DNA of 64,000 bases from NCBI RefSeq assembly GCF_006345805.1, contig NC_042998.1, positions 9,734,001 through 9,798,000 of the forward strand, in the 5' to 3' direction. This DNA comes from Octopus sinensis (Eukaryota). Positions 37,991 through 49,870 of the stretch are shown piece after piece. The translations under genes and the position numbers were made by a program. Position 1 is the stretch's first letter, and each line of letters opens with the position of its first letter. Under the pieces are notes generated by a model, which saw nothing but the letters and a program-made list of their open reading frames with translations, was not told the origin of the DNA and did not search any database.

Positions 37991-39299
37991 ACTTTTATTT
38001 CTTTTTCTTTTGGTGGGACAACCAGTTTTTAACCATTTTGATCCTAATCCTAACCCTCCTAAAACTGCCTCTGGTTCTATGATACAAACTTCCTATTTTA
38101 AAGGGATTTTAAGTAAAATTTTTCTTCAACATTTTATGTTAATCTATGACCCAAACACTAGCTTAATGATAAGAAAGTTCTTTTACTAAATTTTTCATTA
38201 TTTTAAAAATTACTTGGAGCAAACGCAGAGTGATTCCACAGAAATATGCTAACAATAGTGAAACCGCTAGTCATTAGGTCTGATATATTAAAAGATATTG
38301 ACAACCTATGACACGCATATTTTATGACCAAGCTATCTCTTCCCTCTATGGATTACTCCAAGGCCCAAACTTCTAAGTAAGAAGCTTCATGCTTAGAACT
38401 TCCCCTGTGTTTATGTAATGTTTTCCCCACAACTTCTCAAGTTCCGTTAATCATTTCCTCCGACTCTCTTCACCAATCAATAATAATCTGTCCCCTTTTC
38501 TACAAATAACGTTAACATTCTCTTATTCTCCGTACACAATCTCATCCACAATAACATTAACAATTTCCAATAGACGTACTCCACCCACCACCCTAACAGC
38601 ACTATAGGCGTCCGGGTTTCCAGGAAGAAACAATATACCTTTACTGACTGCAAACCACAGCATACAAAGATCAGGGTTGGACCCTAAGGTTTTTAGGCAT
38701 TCGAGTTCACTGCCTTGTGTGCCCATACCTGAAGACGGCTCTGTGCCTTGCCTGATAAACTGACAATACAAATATTTACATACAGGAACTAATAACTAAT
38801 AAGGATCCACTACATGGTCGCTTGATCTGCCAGAAATAGTAGCTAAGTCTACCTGAAACTACGTCTCAAAAGCACACGTCTCAAAAAATCTATAGTGAGT
38901 GCAACTACAACGTGCTGTCTAACGCAGGCCGGTTAGCATAGACTCACCCGGTATCCCCAAACAAAAGAGTGATGAACGAACACCAAAATTAGTAGCATAT
39001 GCTTCTGAAGTTCATTGTAAGGACATCAACAACTAACTACGTGGTGATCTTGTTTTGTAATGCATACTACTATTGAATACTATATCATGGAGTGCACAAT
39101 GTGTTGCCATTAATATTAATAACGTAGCACATTTTCTGCAATTTATCATAATAAAGTATGCAATCATACTTTAGCAATTTAAATAACCTGCGATTATTCA
39201 ACAACTTATGCTCTCTTTCTTTCTCTCACCCCTATTTCAAACTTTACACACTGTTCTTTCTGATATCTACCACTCTTTGGAACCCTTCTATTAATTTTT

Positions 39300-40003
39300 T
39301 TTTTCGAACTTTAAATTAACTGAACGGTCCACGCCAGATACAGACACAGGCTACTTCACTTACAAAACAAGTTGGTATTTTGCATTCATAGCTTATATTT
39401 TCAGTGTTTTACGCATTTGACAATTTCGATACAAGTACCATTTAGTTCTATTAAGTAACAACATTCTAAATCAAGTATATTACTACATATGGACCGAACA
39501 ATTTACAGATCGTAATGCTGATGAAGGTTTGTTTTGAATAGACATAAAACTTTTTTCAAAGATAAAAACGAGGTATATTCAGTGGGATAGTGCTTGTTGG
39601 TTGTTATTGGCCTCGAAAAGACGAAATATAAATTCGTCCACAGCTGGATTGGATCTCACAACAATGAATACCGAACTAGATTCTGTAAAACAGTTTCGTC
39701 TTTACTGTTATCTCGATTGTGTTTTACGAGTGTAGCCGTGATGCATCTGAGATGAATGTTTGATTATAACATGAAAAACAAATTAAGTTTCTCGGGTTGT
39801 AAATACGCGGCAAGTAACAGATTTTCCACAAGCAGGTTTCCTTCCATGCATATATCTCCTATCCTTATATATTATACATAAATAAACAAAGCAGAAAAGA
39901 AATTAGATCGAGATTCAAAGTCTCTTAAAAGCAGTCGAGTGCTTTTAAGTATCTAAGTGTCATTTAATATCCGACACAATTTGCAAACTGTTTGGTTGCA
40001 GGG

Positions 40004-40040
<37 letters not shown>

Positions 40041-41600
40041 TGTAAAATTAAATAACCACCGAATGATAATATTACTAATATGTCACTGTAGAATAAAATA
40101 GGCAGTGTTCTGTAAAGAAATAACTGGCGATAATGTGGCGAAAAATACTTATGATGTCAAACGAAAACCTAAGTTTCAATCGACAAACACAGAAAGCATC
40201 TTAAATCCTACAATTGAAATTGTAAGTTTAAAAATAAAATTAAATACGAATATAAATTATATTTAAAAAAATAATAAGCGTACACAACTCGGAAAATATG
40301 GATTTAAGGATATGATTGTTTAAAGTGCAATTAGCATTGCCTATTAGGGAACGGGCAGTGCCCTTCCAATGTCAACAAAGGAAAAAATAAACATTAACAT
40401 TAGATACTTACTTTTCTTGTTTTGGATTTAGTAAAAGTTGACGGATGAGAAAAACGAGAAAAGAAGCTTTTTGCCTTTCTTTTTTATATGTAGTAAATCG
40501 AATGAATGTTTCGGGTAAGTCCTCAAATATAAAAAAAAAACAATCCTCTGTCGCTTTTAGATTGAGAACAATAAAAAAATAATAAAGAAACTAAAGAAGC
40601 GAGTCTGTCTCGCTCTCGTAAAGTTCACAGGGAGAAAGAGAGAGAAATGCGAGCTACCGAGAGAGGCAGCTCCGAGCTTGGTTATCTATTGTGGAGTTGT
40701 ATCATTTCAGGACGAAGGCATCACCCAATTCCTTCCGTCACGAGTTACAAACATCAGGTTGTTTGTCGGACACTTCACGATACCGTCTGATGTCAAATAG
40801 TCAGCTCTTAAATATTATAAATATATACACACTCACATACACACAGCAGATAATTTCTATATTTAGCATTATAATTGCACTCACATACACAGACACCCGC
40901 TGTCTTCTTATATATATACACACATATACATATAAGTGTGTGAATGTCAGACGAGTTTACAAATATATGTTGATATACGTGTACATGAATCGAGACGAAG
41001 AAATCAAAAGTGTGATAGTAAATATGTAAGGCAATCTACATTCGTGTGTCGGAAAGAGAGAATAGGAAAGAATAGAAGAGAGACTGCTTTGTTGACAATA
41101 ATTTAATTAGTAATTTTCGCGAATTTCTCTTTCACTCTCTGTCTGTCTGTCTCTGCCTGCGTGTCTATCGTGTGTGTGTGTGTATAAATGTATGTCTATA
41201 CATACATATAAATAAACAAACAAGGAAATTAAAATGTTTAATTAAATGTTTAACAATGACTCTACGAACTTCAAAATCAATATCTTCAATCTCATTAAGT
41301 AATTTAATATAATTGTCAATATAAAAGTAACCAAACGTAGGCAAACCAGCTGTCTATCGAACGATTTCGGTGATGCGATCATAAGAACACAGCAAGAAGA
41401 ATATAAAAAACATTATGTAATTTGTGGTGTGATATCCGCCGTTTTAGTAGGTGCCCTTGAAGGATAACTCAGTACACAAAAACATATTTTACCCAATTTC
41501 TATGGCATTATTAGATATATAGAAAACGATTGCGAAATAAGTATATTCTAAAGACAACCGGCATCGACACGAATTGGATTATACAAATAAAAGACCTGTT
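39300..41600. promoter_or_regulatory. Candidate promoter / non-coding first exon region
   Basis: About 2.3 kb with no recognisable SINE. I count 12 CpGs in 40561-40800. It has GA-rich tracts and a TTCGCGAA palindrome near 41116. GTAAGT donors lie on the minus strand at 40411 and 39363 and on the plus strand at 40515. Assignment to the Ctr gene is inference. Confidence 0.45.
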
Positions 41601-41964
41601 GCTGTTCTATGTAAGATGAAGATTAACATTTTGGACAAGGCTTTTCATCAGAGAAAAATTCAACATACTTCTGTCTTTATTTCCAAAATCTTTTTGGAAT
41701 TAATCAATGTCATTTACACTATTTATCCAATTTTGACTGGTAACAAACCACATTAGAATAAATTTTTGTTGTGTTTTTCTTTGTTTTTCGTTGTTTTTCT
41801 TCCTTTTCTGAAATTTTGTTTTTTATTGCCTTCACAGTGTTTACCGTTTTACAAAATTAAATAAGAAAATTGGACAAAACAGAGAACACAATTGAAAAAA
41901 TTAAAAAGAAAAAAGAGAAGTAAAATACAATTCACCACCTTGGATTGAAAAGTTGGAGGTGCTG

Positions 41965-42550
41965 GGAAACCTCTCTAATGGCCATTGAGGTATGCCACCA
42001 TGCTTACAGCATTGCTGCAGGTGATGGCGAGGCTGATGCACTGGAACAGCCAAGTGCCCTCACGAGTCTTACCAGTTACCTCTGCTGGGCAAGTTGCCAG
42101 TGAAGACAGGAATCTCGCAGTTAGTGGCCTGACCCCACCAAACGTCTCGAACGCCACAAGATGGAAAATGTAGTTACCCGACAGATTGCAGCATTTCAAG
42201 ATTTTGTTCCACTTGGCCACAGAAGCTGTGGATCTCGCCCTGACTGCAGCATCCAGGATGTGAGAAGAAGCAAAGGAGTTGCTAGTTGCTGTCACATCCT
42301 AGACAAGGCATCAGCCTCACGACCAGGGACACAGGGTGAGGCCGGCAGGTCTCTTCCCATCACATCTGGACAATCCAGACAGTCCCAAAATGGAGGGGAT
42401 GTTTGCCTGGGCCAAGCTCTTCTTGAATATCAGGTACAATTCCATATGATGCGCGAAGTGACCAGCATTCAGGTGGAAAGAAAGACCATGGAGGCCTGTG
42501 GAGTCAAGGAGCCTGTCACAATGACAGATCAAACTTGTGTGACAAACAAC
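41965..42550 (-). mobile_element. CRE-clade non-LTR retrotransposon relic (zinc-knuckle and restriction-like endonuclease)
   Basis: CDRLLDSTGLHGLS...GLSRCDGKRPAGLTLCPWS...VAFETFGG...WLFQCISLAITCSNAVSM follows the GKRPDG...AxETxG...QRxSxAxQRGNA pattern. Confidence 0.8.
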
Positions 42551-42559
42551 TCTGTGAGG

Positions 42560-43060
42560 TCCAATGCTTGAAAAGAACTCAACCATTTTCCCTCTGTGAG
42601 GCCCAACACTCAAAAGGAACTCAGCCACTTTGCTTCTGTGAGGCCCAACATTCAAAAGATGTTCTTTATATGCCACCAGCACGAGTGCATTTGGCTTGGT
42701 GGGTTTTCTCAAGCCAGAAGTCTTGGTCACTAGTCTTTGCTTCTGTGAGGCTCAAAGTTCGAAGATTATGCATCATCACCTCACCCCATGTCTTCCTGGG
42801 TCTACCTTTTCCACAGGTTCTCTCCACAGTTAGAGATTAGCACCTCTTTACACAGCTGTCCTTGTCCATATGCATCACATGACCATACCAGCTCAGTCAT
42901 TTCTCTTGCATATCGCATCTGATTCCTCTTCTGCCTAACTTACACTCTGTCAAACATGCACACTTCACATCCAGCGAAATATACTGGCTTCATTTCTCTC
43001 AAGCCTACACATGTCCTCAGCTCTCATAATATGTTTCACTGCCATGCAGCATAGGTACAA
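42560..43060 (-). mobile_element. RTE LINE ORF2 end plus 3' UTR repeats
   Basis: GKGRPRKTWGEVMMHNLRTLSLTEAKT-like translation. Confidence 0.75.
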
Positions 43061-43164
43061 CTTGAGAACACTTTAAATAAAACTGAATCTCACTTTAAAT
43101 CTTCCTTTATTTATTTTTTTATTAATATTATTAGTTTTTATGAGAAAGAATGAAAGATACATAT

Positions 43165-43576
43165 AGGCGCAGGAGTGGCTGTGTGGTAAGTAGCTTGCCT
43201 ACCAACCACATGGTTCCGGGTTCAGTCCCACTGCGTGGCATTTGGGCAAGTGTCTTCTGCTATAGCCCCGGGCCGACCAATGCCATGTGAGTGGATTTGG
43301 TAGACGGAAACTGAAAGAAGCCTGTCGTATATATGTATATATATGTATGTGTGTGTTTGTGTTTGTGTGTCTGTGTTTGTCCCCTTAGCATTGCTTCACA
43401 ACCAATGCTGGTGTGTTTACGTCCCTGTCACTTAGCGGTTCGGCAAAAGAGACTGATAGAATAAGTACTGGGCTTACAAAGAATAAGTCCCGGGGTCGAT
43501 TTGCTCGACTAAAGGTGGTGCTCCAGCATGGCCGCAGTCAAATGACTGAAAAGAGTAAAAGAGAGAGAGAGAGAGT
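43165..43576 (+). mobile_element. SINE-B full length
   Basis: Same family consensus. Others lie at 32520-32926, ~33076-33450, 47716-48118 and 60551-60815 (internally deleted). Confidence 0.92.
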
Positions 43577-44115
43577 AAATAAAATTGTAAAAAATCTTCA
43601 GTGACAGATATTGCCCATGTTAGTTAGCATCTGCTTTTGCTTTTCACTCAATTGAAATAAACACTTCAATATCACAGCAAGAAAGGAAGCACTTCTAAAA
43701 CCGAAAGACACACATTCCTCGTGACATCAGAATTATTAATACACATCATCCGTTTATAAACTATTTACTTCCTCCTTTTGCTGTTGTACTTCAACGACAG
43801 TTTGTATGTTGACACAAGTCTTGTAAATAAAAATTGATAGTTTGGTCGACAATGAATGAGCAGAAACTAAAAGTGGAAGGTGACTGTTATGATTATTATT
43901 TATATTGTATGTAGGAATGATGGGGAAAATAAATTTACACTCACAATTATTACTGTTTTTCTCTTAATATTTTGTTGGCTAAATCCAGCTAAATTGGGCT
44001 GATCTGGCTGAATCTTGCTAAATCCAGTCCAAATATTCTACCTGTTTTATGTTCAAACAGGCCAGGTCCAGCCTGTCATACCTAACCTACAATGTCATTC
44101 TTAAAATAAACAATC

Positions 44116-44693
44116 AGGTGCAGGAGTGGCTGTGTGGTATGTAGCTTGGTTACCAATCACATAGTTCCAGGTTCAGTCCCACTGCATGACACCTTGAGAA
44201 GTGTCTTCTACTATAGCCTTAGGCCGACCAAAGCATTGTGAATGGATTTGGTTGATGGAAACTGAAAGAAGCCTGTTGTATATATATATATATATATAGG
44301 CGCAGGAGTGGCTGTGTGGTAAGTAGCTTGCTTACCAACCACATGGTTCCGGGTTCAGTCTCACTGCGTGGCACCTTGGGCAAGTGTCTTCTGCTATAGC
44401 CTCGGGCCAACCAATGCCTTGTGAGTGGATTTGGTAGACGGAAACTGAAAGAAGCCCGTTGTATATATGTATGTGCGTGTATGTTTGTGTGTCTGTGTTT
44501 GTCCCCCTAGCATTGCTTGACAACCGATGCTGGTGTGTTTATGTCCCCGTCACTTAGCGGTTCGGCAAAAAGAGACCGATAGAATAAGTACTGGGCTTAC
44601 AAAGAATAAGTCCCCGGGGTCGAGTTGCTCGATTAAAGGCGGTGCTCCAGCATGGCCGCAGTCAAATGACTGAAACAAGTAAAAGAGAAAAAA

Positions 44694-44773
<80 letters not shown>

Positions 44774-44995
44774 TGTTTGTGTGTTGTGTGTCTGTGTTTG
44801 TCCCTCCCTCCTCCATCACTTGACAACTGAAGTTGGTGTGCTTACATGCCTGTAACTTAGCAGTTCAGCAAAAGAGACTGATAGAATAAGTACTAGGCTT
44901 AGAAAGAATAAGTCCTGGGGTCGATTTGTTCGACTGAAGGCAGTGCTCCAGCATGGCTGTAGTCAAATGACTGAAACAAATAAAATAAAAGAATA
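44116..44995 (+). mobile_element. Nested SINE-B: young copy (44298-44697) inside the (TA)n of an older copy
   Basis: Order is old 5' half, (TA)n, complete copy, (TA)n, old 3' half. The whole nest sits inside a piggyBac-like MITE. Confidence 0.85.
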
Positions 44996-45113
44996 ATCAC
45001 ACCATGAGAATCTTGAAGCTACAAGATTATGCAGGGTTAATTCAAAACAATGTAAATAAATAAATATTACTTTTGACAGAGTAATCAGAATGTTAAAGAG
45101 TTTAAGGGTTTCT

Positions 45114-45167
<54 letters not shown>

Positions 45168-45199
45168 CAAAATAGATGAACATCAATGGAATTTGTATC

Positions 45200-45662
45200 T
45201 TTGTGGTACCAGTGCCGGTGGCACGTGGCACCAAGAAACCATCCGAACGTGGCCGTAGCCAGTACCGCATCGACTGGCCTCCGTGCTGTGGGCACGTAAT
45301 AAACACCATCCGATCGTGGCCGTTTGCCAGCCTCATCTGGCACCTGTGTCGGTGGCACATAAAAACACCATCCGAGCGTGGCCGTCTGCCAGCCTCGTCT
45401 GGCACCTGTGTCGGTGGCACATAAAAAAACACCATCCGAGCGTGGCCGTTTGCCAGCCTCGTCTGGCACCTGTGTCGGTGGCACATAAAATCACCCACTA
45501 CACTCTCGGAGTGGTTGGCATTAGGAAGGGCATCCAGCTGTAGAAACACTGCCAGATCTGACTGGACTGGTGCAGCTTTCGGGCTCCCCAGACCCCAGTT
45601 GAACCGTCCAACCCATGCTAGCATGGAAAGCGGACGTTAAATGATGATGATGATGATGATGA
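45200..45662 (+). mobile_element. Truncated RTE 3' UTR with ~60-bp tandem repeats
   Basis: Repeated aaaacaccatccgagcgtggccgtttgccagcctcgtctggcacctgtgtcggtggcacat, then the aacccatgctagcatggaaagcggacgttaaa(tga)n end. Similar copies lie at ~5928-6384, 14515-14690, 14830-15040, 15548-16040, 18715-18950, 20470-20790, 23305-23575, 33790-34040, 35178-35475, 35938-36160, 47205-47385 and 48310-48700. Confidence 0.85.
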
Positions 45663-45765
45663 TATATAACGGGAAGGTTTACGAAAATAAACAAAAGACG
45701 AAGGCAGGTGGAGTACAAACAAACAAATGTATTAGTATGGCGCTCAGGAATAGAAATAGAACAAG

Positions 45766-45803
45766 TCTTTTACGTTTCGAGCCTACGCTCTTCGACAGAA
45801 AGA
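45766..45803 (-). ncRNA. Minimal hammerhead-like motif (A6U variant)
   Basis: Minus strand reads tcttt CTGTCGA a gagc-gtag-gctc GAAA C GTA aaaga. This gives a 5-bp stem I, a 4-bp stem II and a palindromic ACGT stem III. Confidence 0.6.
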
Positions 45804-46071
45804 TACACAGAAAAAAAAACAAGGAGAGAAAAAAAATGCGTGTAGGAGCTACACACATAAGCTATATTGAATCTCTGAGCGAGATATAAACAGCAGCAGT
45901 ACAGAAATGTAACATAATTGCCAACCAAGTGTGGTTTACTATACAGGACAGTGCTACTGATGTTTATAGCCCCAGGAAGACATCTCCTCCAGCTGGCTAA
46001 TGACACACAGTCTGTGTCTGATTAGTATTTGCAAGGGGAGGTCATCACTCCCATCTTTAGCCTCATGTGAT

Positions 46072-46118
46072 ACACATGAACTCGAGTTTCTGAGTGGTTA
46101 CCCATCTTCAGTGTGTGT
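46072..46118 (-). ncRNA. Degenerate hammerhead motif
   Basis: Minus strand reads acacaca CTGAAGA tgggt-aacc-actca GAAA CTCGAG TT catgtgt. The core is canonical, stem II is 5 bp and stem III is the palindrome ACTCGAGT. Stem I has two mismatches next to the cleavage site. Confidence 0.55.
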
Positions 46119-47639
46119 TAATCACAAGCTAGTGATGAAAACTCATTCCACCCGCAACTTATTCCACCCAGGTATCATCGATCGATCAATTGATCAGTCA
46201 GTCGTTGCTGATAACAGTCACTGCCACTATTGTGGTGGTAGCTTTTTCCAGTGACAAACTGTCACTGATCTCGAAAAAGGAGAAATAAGCTATATTAAAC
46301 TCTGAGCGAGATGTAAACAGTAGCAGTATGGAACTGTAACATACAATTGCCAACTAAGTGTGTTGTCCTATACAGGACAGTGCTACTGATGTTTAAAGCC
46401 CCAGGAAGACATCTCCTCCAGCTATATGTATGTATGTATGTATGTGTGTATGTGTGTGTGTGTGTGTGTTTGTATGTATGTTTGTATGTAGGTAGGTAGG
46501 TAGGTAGGTAGGTAGGTATGTATGTATGTATTTATGAATGTATATATATTTCTTAATTGCCCATAATGGGGTAAACATAGAGGAGACAAACAAGGACAGA
46601 CAAATTGCTTAAGTCGGTTACATCAACCCCCAGTGCGTAACTGGTACTTAATTTATCAACCCCAAAAGGATGAAAGGCAAAGTCAACCTCGGCGGAATTT
46701 GAACTCACAACGTAATGGCACACGAAATATGGCTACGCATTTTGCTCAGTGTGCTAATGTTTCTGCCAGCTTGCCGCCTTCTTTATGTATGTATATATGT
46801 ATGAATAGATATACATATATATATGTCTGTATATTTGTAGTTATATGTACACACACACACACACAGAGGGGGGGGAGAGAGAAGAGTGAAGGGGAGAGAG
46901 ATAATCCAATATATAAAAATATATCTTGCATCATACTTTCAATCCTGATATTTATTTAACTATTTATTCAACTATACAACTTCCATCACCACCATCACCA
47001 CCACTATCACCACCACCTCCTCTTCCTCCTCCATACCACCATCACCACCATTTCCTCTTCCCATTCCATACCGCTGTCACCTCCAAAAGTAACAACATCA
47101 TCATCATCATCATCATCAACAGCAACACAATCAAATAAACAACATGAAATTTTTATGATTGGCCACAACCAGCAAGCTTTTCATTTTCACATGATATATA
47201 TATATCATCATCATCATCATCATCGTTTAACGTCCGTTTTCCATGCTGGCATGGGTTGGACAGTTCAACTGGGGTCTGGGAAGCCAGAAGGCTGCACCAG
47301 GCCCAGTCTGATCTGGCAGTGTTTCTACGGTTGGATGCCCTTCCTAATGCCAACCACTCCGTGAGTGTAGTGGGTGCTTTTTATGTAGTGGGTGCTTCAC
47401 ATGTAAGAGCTCAAATTGTTGAGATTTTTCAAAAAACAATCATTTATGAAAATGTTGAATTTAAAAAAGTGCACCTGTACTGACAGTTAAATTGTCATAT
47501 CAGATGAAAGGTGAACTAAAATCCATCTGTATCACCTGCATTATAAAGTTTACTAATTATTACTGTATCACCATACAAGTGCAAACTGCAGTTATCGTTA
47601 TAGTTCTGTACTAAAAGTGCTACTGCACCGGCAGATATA

Positions 47640-48180
47640 CAAGGGAGTACTAAAAAGTTCCTGGCTTTGCTTTGGGTGAAAGAAAATACAGAGGGATGAG
47701 ATATTTATGATTTTATGGCTGTGTGGTAAGTAGCTTGTTTACTAACCACATGGTTCCGGGTTCAGTCCCACTGCATGGCACCTTGGGCAAGTGTCTTCTA
47801 CTATAGCCTTGGGTCGACCAAAGCCTTGTGAGTGGATTTGGTAGACGGAAACTGAAAGAAGCCCGTCGTATATATGTATATATATGTACGTGTATGTTTG
47901 TGTGTCTGTGTTTGTCCCCCTAGCATTGCTTGGCAACCGATGCTGGTGTGTTTATGTTCCCGTCACTTAGCAGTTCGACAAAAGAGACCGATAGAATAAG
48001 TACTGGGCTTACAAAAAGAATAAGTCCCGGGGTCGAGTTGCTCGATTAAAGGCGGTGCTCCAGCATGGCCGCAGTCAAAATGACTGAAACAAGTAAAAAG
48101 AAAAAAAAAGAAAAGAAAGATATTCCCCTCTCAGATTCACACACTTATCGCAGCAGTCTTCTTCAGTTAAAAAACTTTTG
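47640..48180. mobile_element. mariner-type MITE interrupted by SINE-B (47716-48118)
   Basis: Starts TA|caagggagtactaaaaagttcctggct. The body after the SINE matches 62540-62590. Confidence 0.65.
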
Positions 48181-48984
48181 TAAATGACTTGTAGGAAAGT
48201 ACCTGTTTCAAGGTTGCACTATTGATTTAATTGCCGGTTCTTGTGATCATACAGTTATTAATAGCATATATAAACCATGCCAGCTGGGAAAATAGACATT
48301 AAATGAGGATGACTGGTCCTGTACTGGAGGCAGGTAAAAAGCACCATTCAAGTGTGGTAGTTGCCAGTACTACCTGACTGGCTCCCATGCCGGTGACACA
48401 TAAAAAGCACCATTCAAGCGTGGTCGTTGTCAGTACTACCTGACTAGCTCCTGTGCTGATGGCATGTAAAAAGCACCATTCGAGTGTGGTCGATGCCAGT
48501 ACCGCCTGACTGACCCCTGTGCCGGTAGTATGTAAAAGCACCATTCAAGCATGGTCGTTGCCAGTGCCGCCTGACTAGCTCCTATGCTGATGGCATGTAA
48601 AAAGCGCCATTCAAGCATGGTCGTTGCCAGTGCCACGTGACTGATCCCCATGCTAGTGTCACATAAAAAGCACCCACTACACTCTCAGAGTGGCTGGTGT
48701 TACCATAGAGAAGTTCTTTCGTATGATGTTGTCTGCAAGAGATATCCAGAACATACAAAAGGTGGCGAGCTGGCAGAAACATTAGCATGCTGGGCGAAAT
48801 GTTTCGCGGTATTTTGTCTGCTGCTACATTTTGAGTTCAAATTCTGCCGAGGTCGGCTTTGCTTTCATCCTTTCGGGATCGATTAAATAAGTACTAGTTG
48901 ATATAATCAACTTAATCCATTTGTCTGTCCTTGTTTGTCCCCTCTGTGTGTAGCCCCTTGTGGGCAGTAAAGAAATAAGAGATA

Positions 48985-49870
48985 TCCAGAGCAGCTTGAA
49001 ACATTCTTGTGTAAGTTCCATCAATTTTCTTTTCAAGACGTTTTCTTAGAATCCATGTTGAACATCCATATAACAGAACTGACTGAAAGAAATTTTGTTT
49101 CAAATTTAATGGAAGCATAGATTTTCAAACCATTGATAATATATATAAATCTGTCTGTGCTTTACCAATTTGGACATGAACATCACTTATAGACAGATCT
49201 TCCTTCTGCAATTTCATTTCTGGGGAATGTGTATTCTTCAACATTTTTCAAGGATTTTCTGGATGTGAAGTAAATGTTGTCACTCTGGTTGCACATCATA
49301 TGTTCTGTCTTGTCCGAGTTGATGTATTGACCAACACTTTTTGCAGCACTTTCAAGGCTGTACAAGAGAGAGACTCTGCATCGCAAACTTCATCTGCTAG
49401 TAACACCAAGTCATCAGTATAGTCAGCATCTGTGATGGTCACAGTTGGAAAACATCTGCTTTTGGCTGGTTGAAAGGTGAATCCTTTGTCCTTCATCTCA
49501 TCTACAGGAGTGTGTAGAGCATAATCTAGACTTATGATGAACAGGTAGGGAGCTAAGGTGACATGCTGGAGGACATCAGCCACTATGTCCAAGAACTCTG
49601 TGTTACCATCTGGAGAACGAACAATAGATTGAGTATTTCTATACATCATCATGATGGCATTGACAGTTTCCTTTGGGATATTGTATGCAAGAAGTATTTC
49701 TTTCATTTTCCCTCTGTCTATTGAAACAAAGATCCTAAAAAAGTCAACAAATAGGAGGGCTACTTTCAAGTTCCTTGCACAAATTCCTTCAATAATTCTT
49801 TGGACTGTAAGTATCTAGACAGATGTTAATTTATTTCTTTGAAAGGCATTCTGGCTTTTTACTCAAGATT
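48985..49870 (-). mobile_element. RTE-like LINE reverse-transcriptase fragment
   Basis: LLFVDF, LAPYLFII, DYTDDLVLL and SVLLYGCSTW motifs, degraded. Related to 17356-17722. Confidence 0.88.

Larger units (their letters stand above)
45667..46423 (-). mobile_element. Penelope-like element remnant(s) with ~135-bp direct repeat
   Basis: 45858-45992 is repeated at 46286-46423. The region carries two hammerhead motifs and is bounded by TA/TATG microsatellite. No RT or GIY-YIG ORF is seen. Confidence 0.55.

Noticed and set aside
39364-39390. ATG-containing minus-strand exon as a coding first exon
   Set aside because: The ATG frame that fits the next exon's phase forms T|AA (stop) at the junction. 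The other ATG frame is out of phase.
40876-40882. TGCACTC metal-response-element core near the candidate promoter
   Set aside because: A single degenerate 7-mer is expected by chance every few kb, and there is no cluster.
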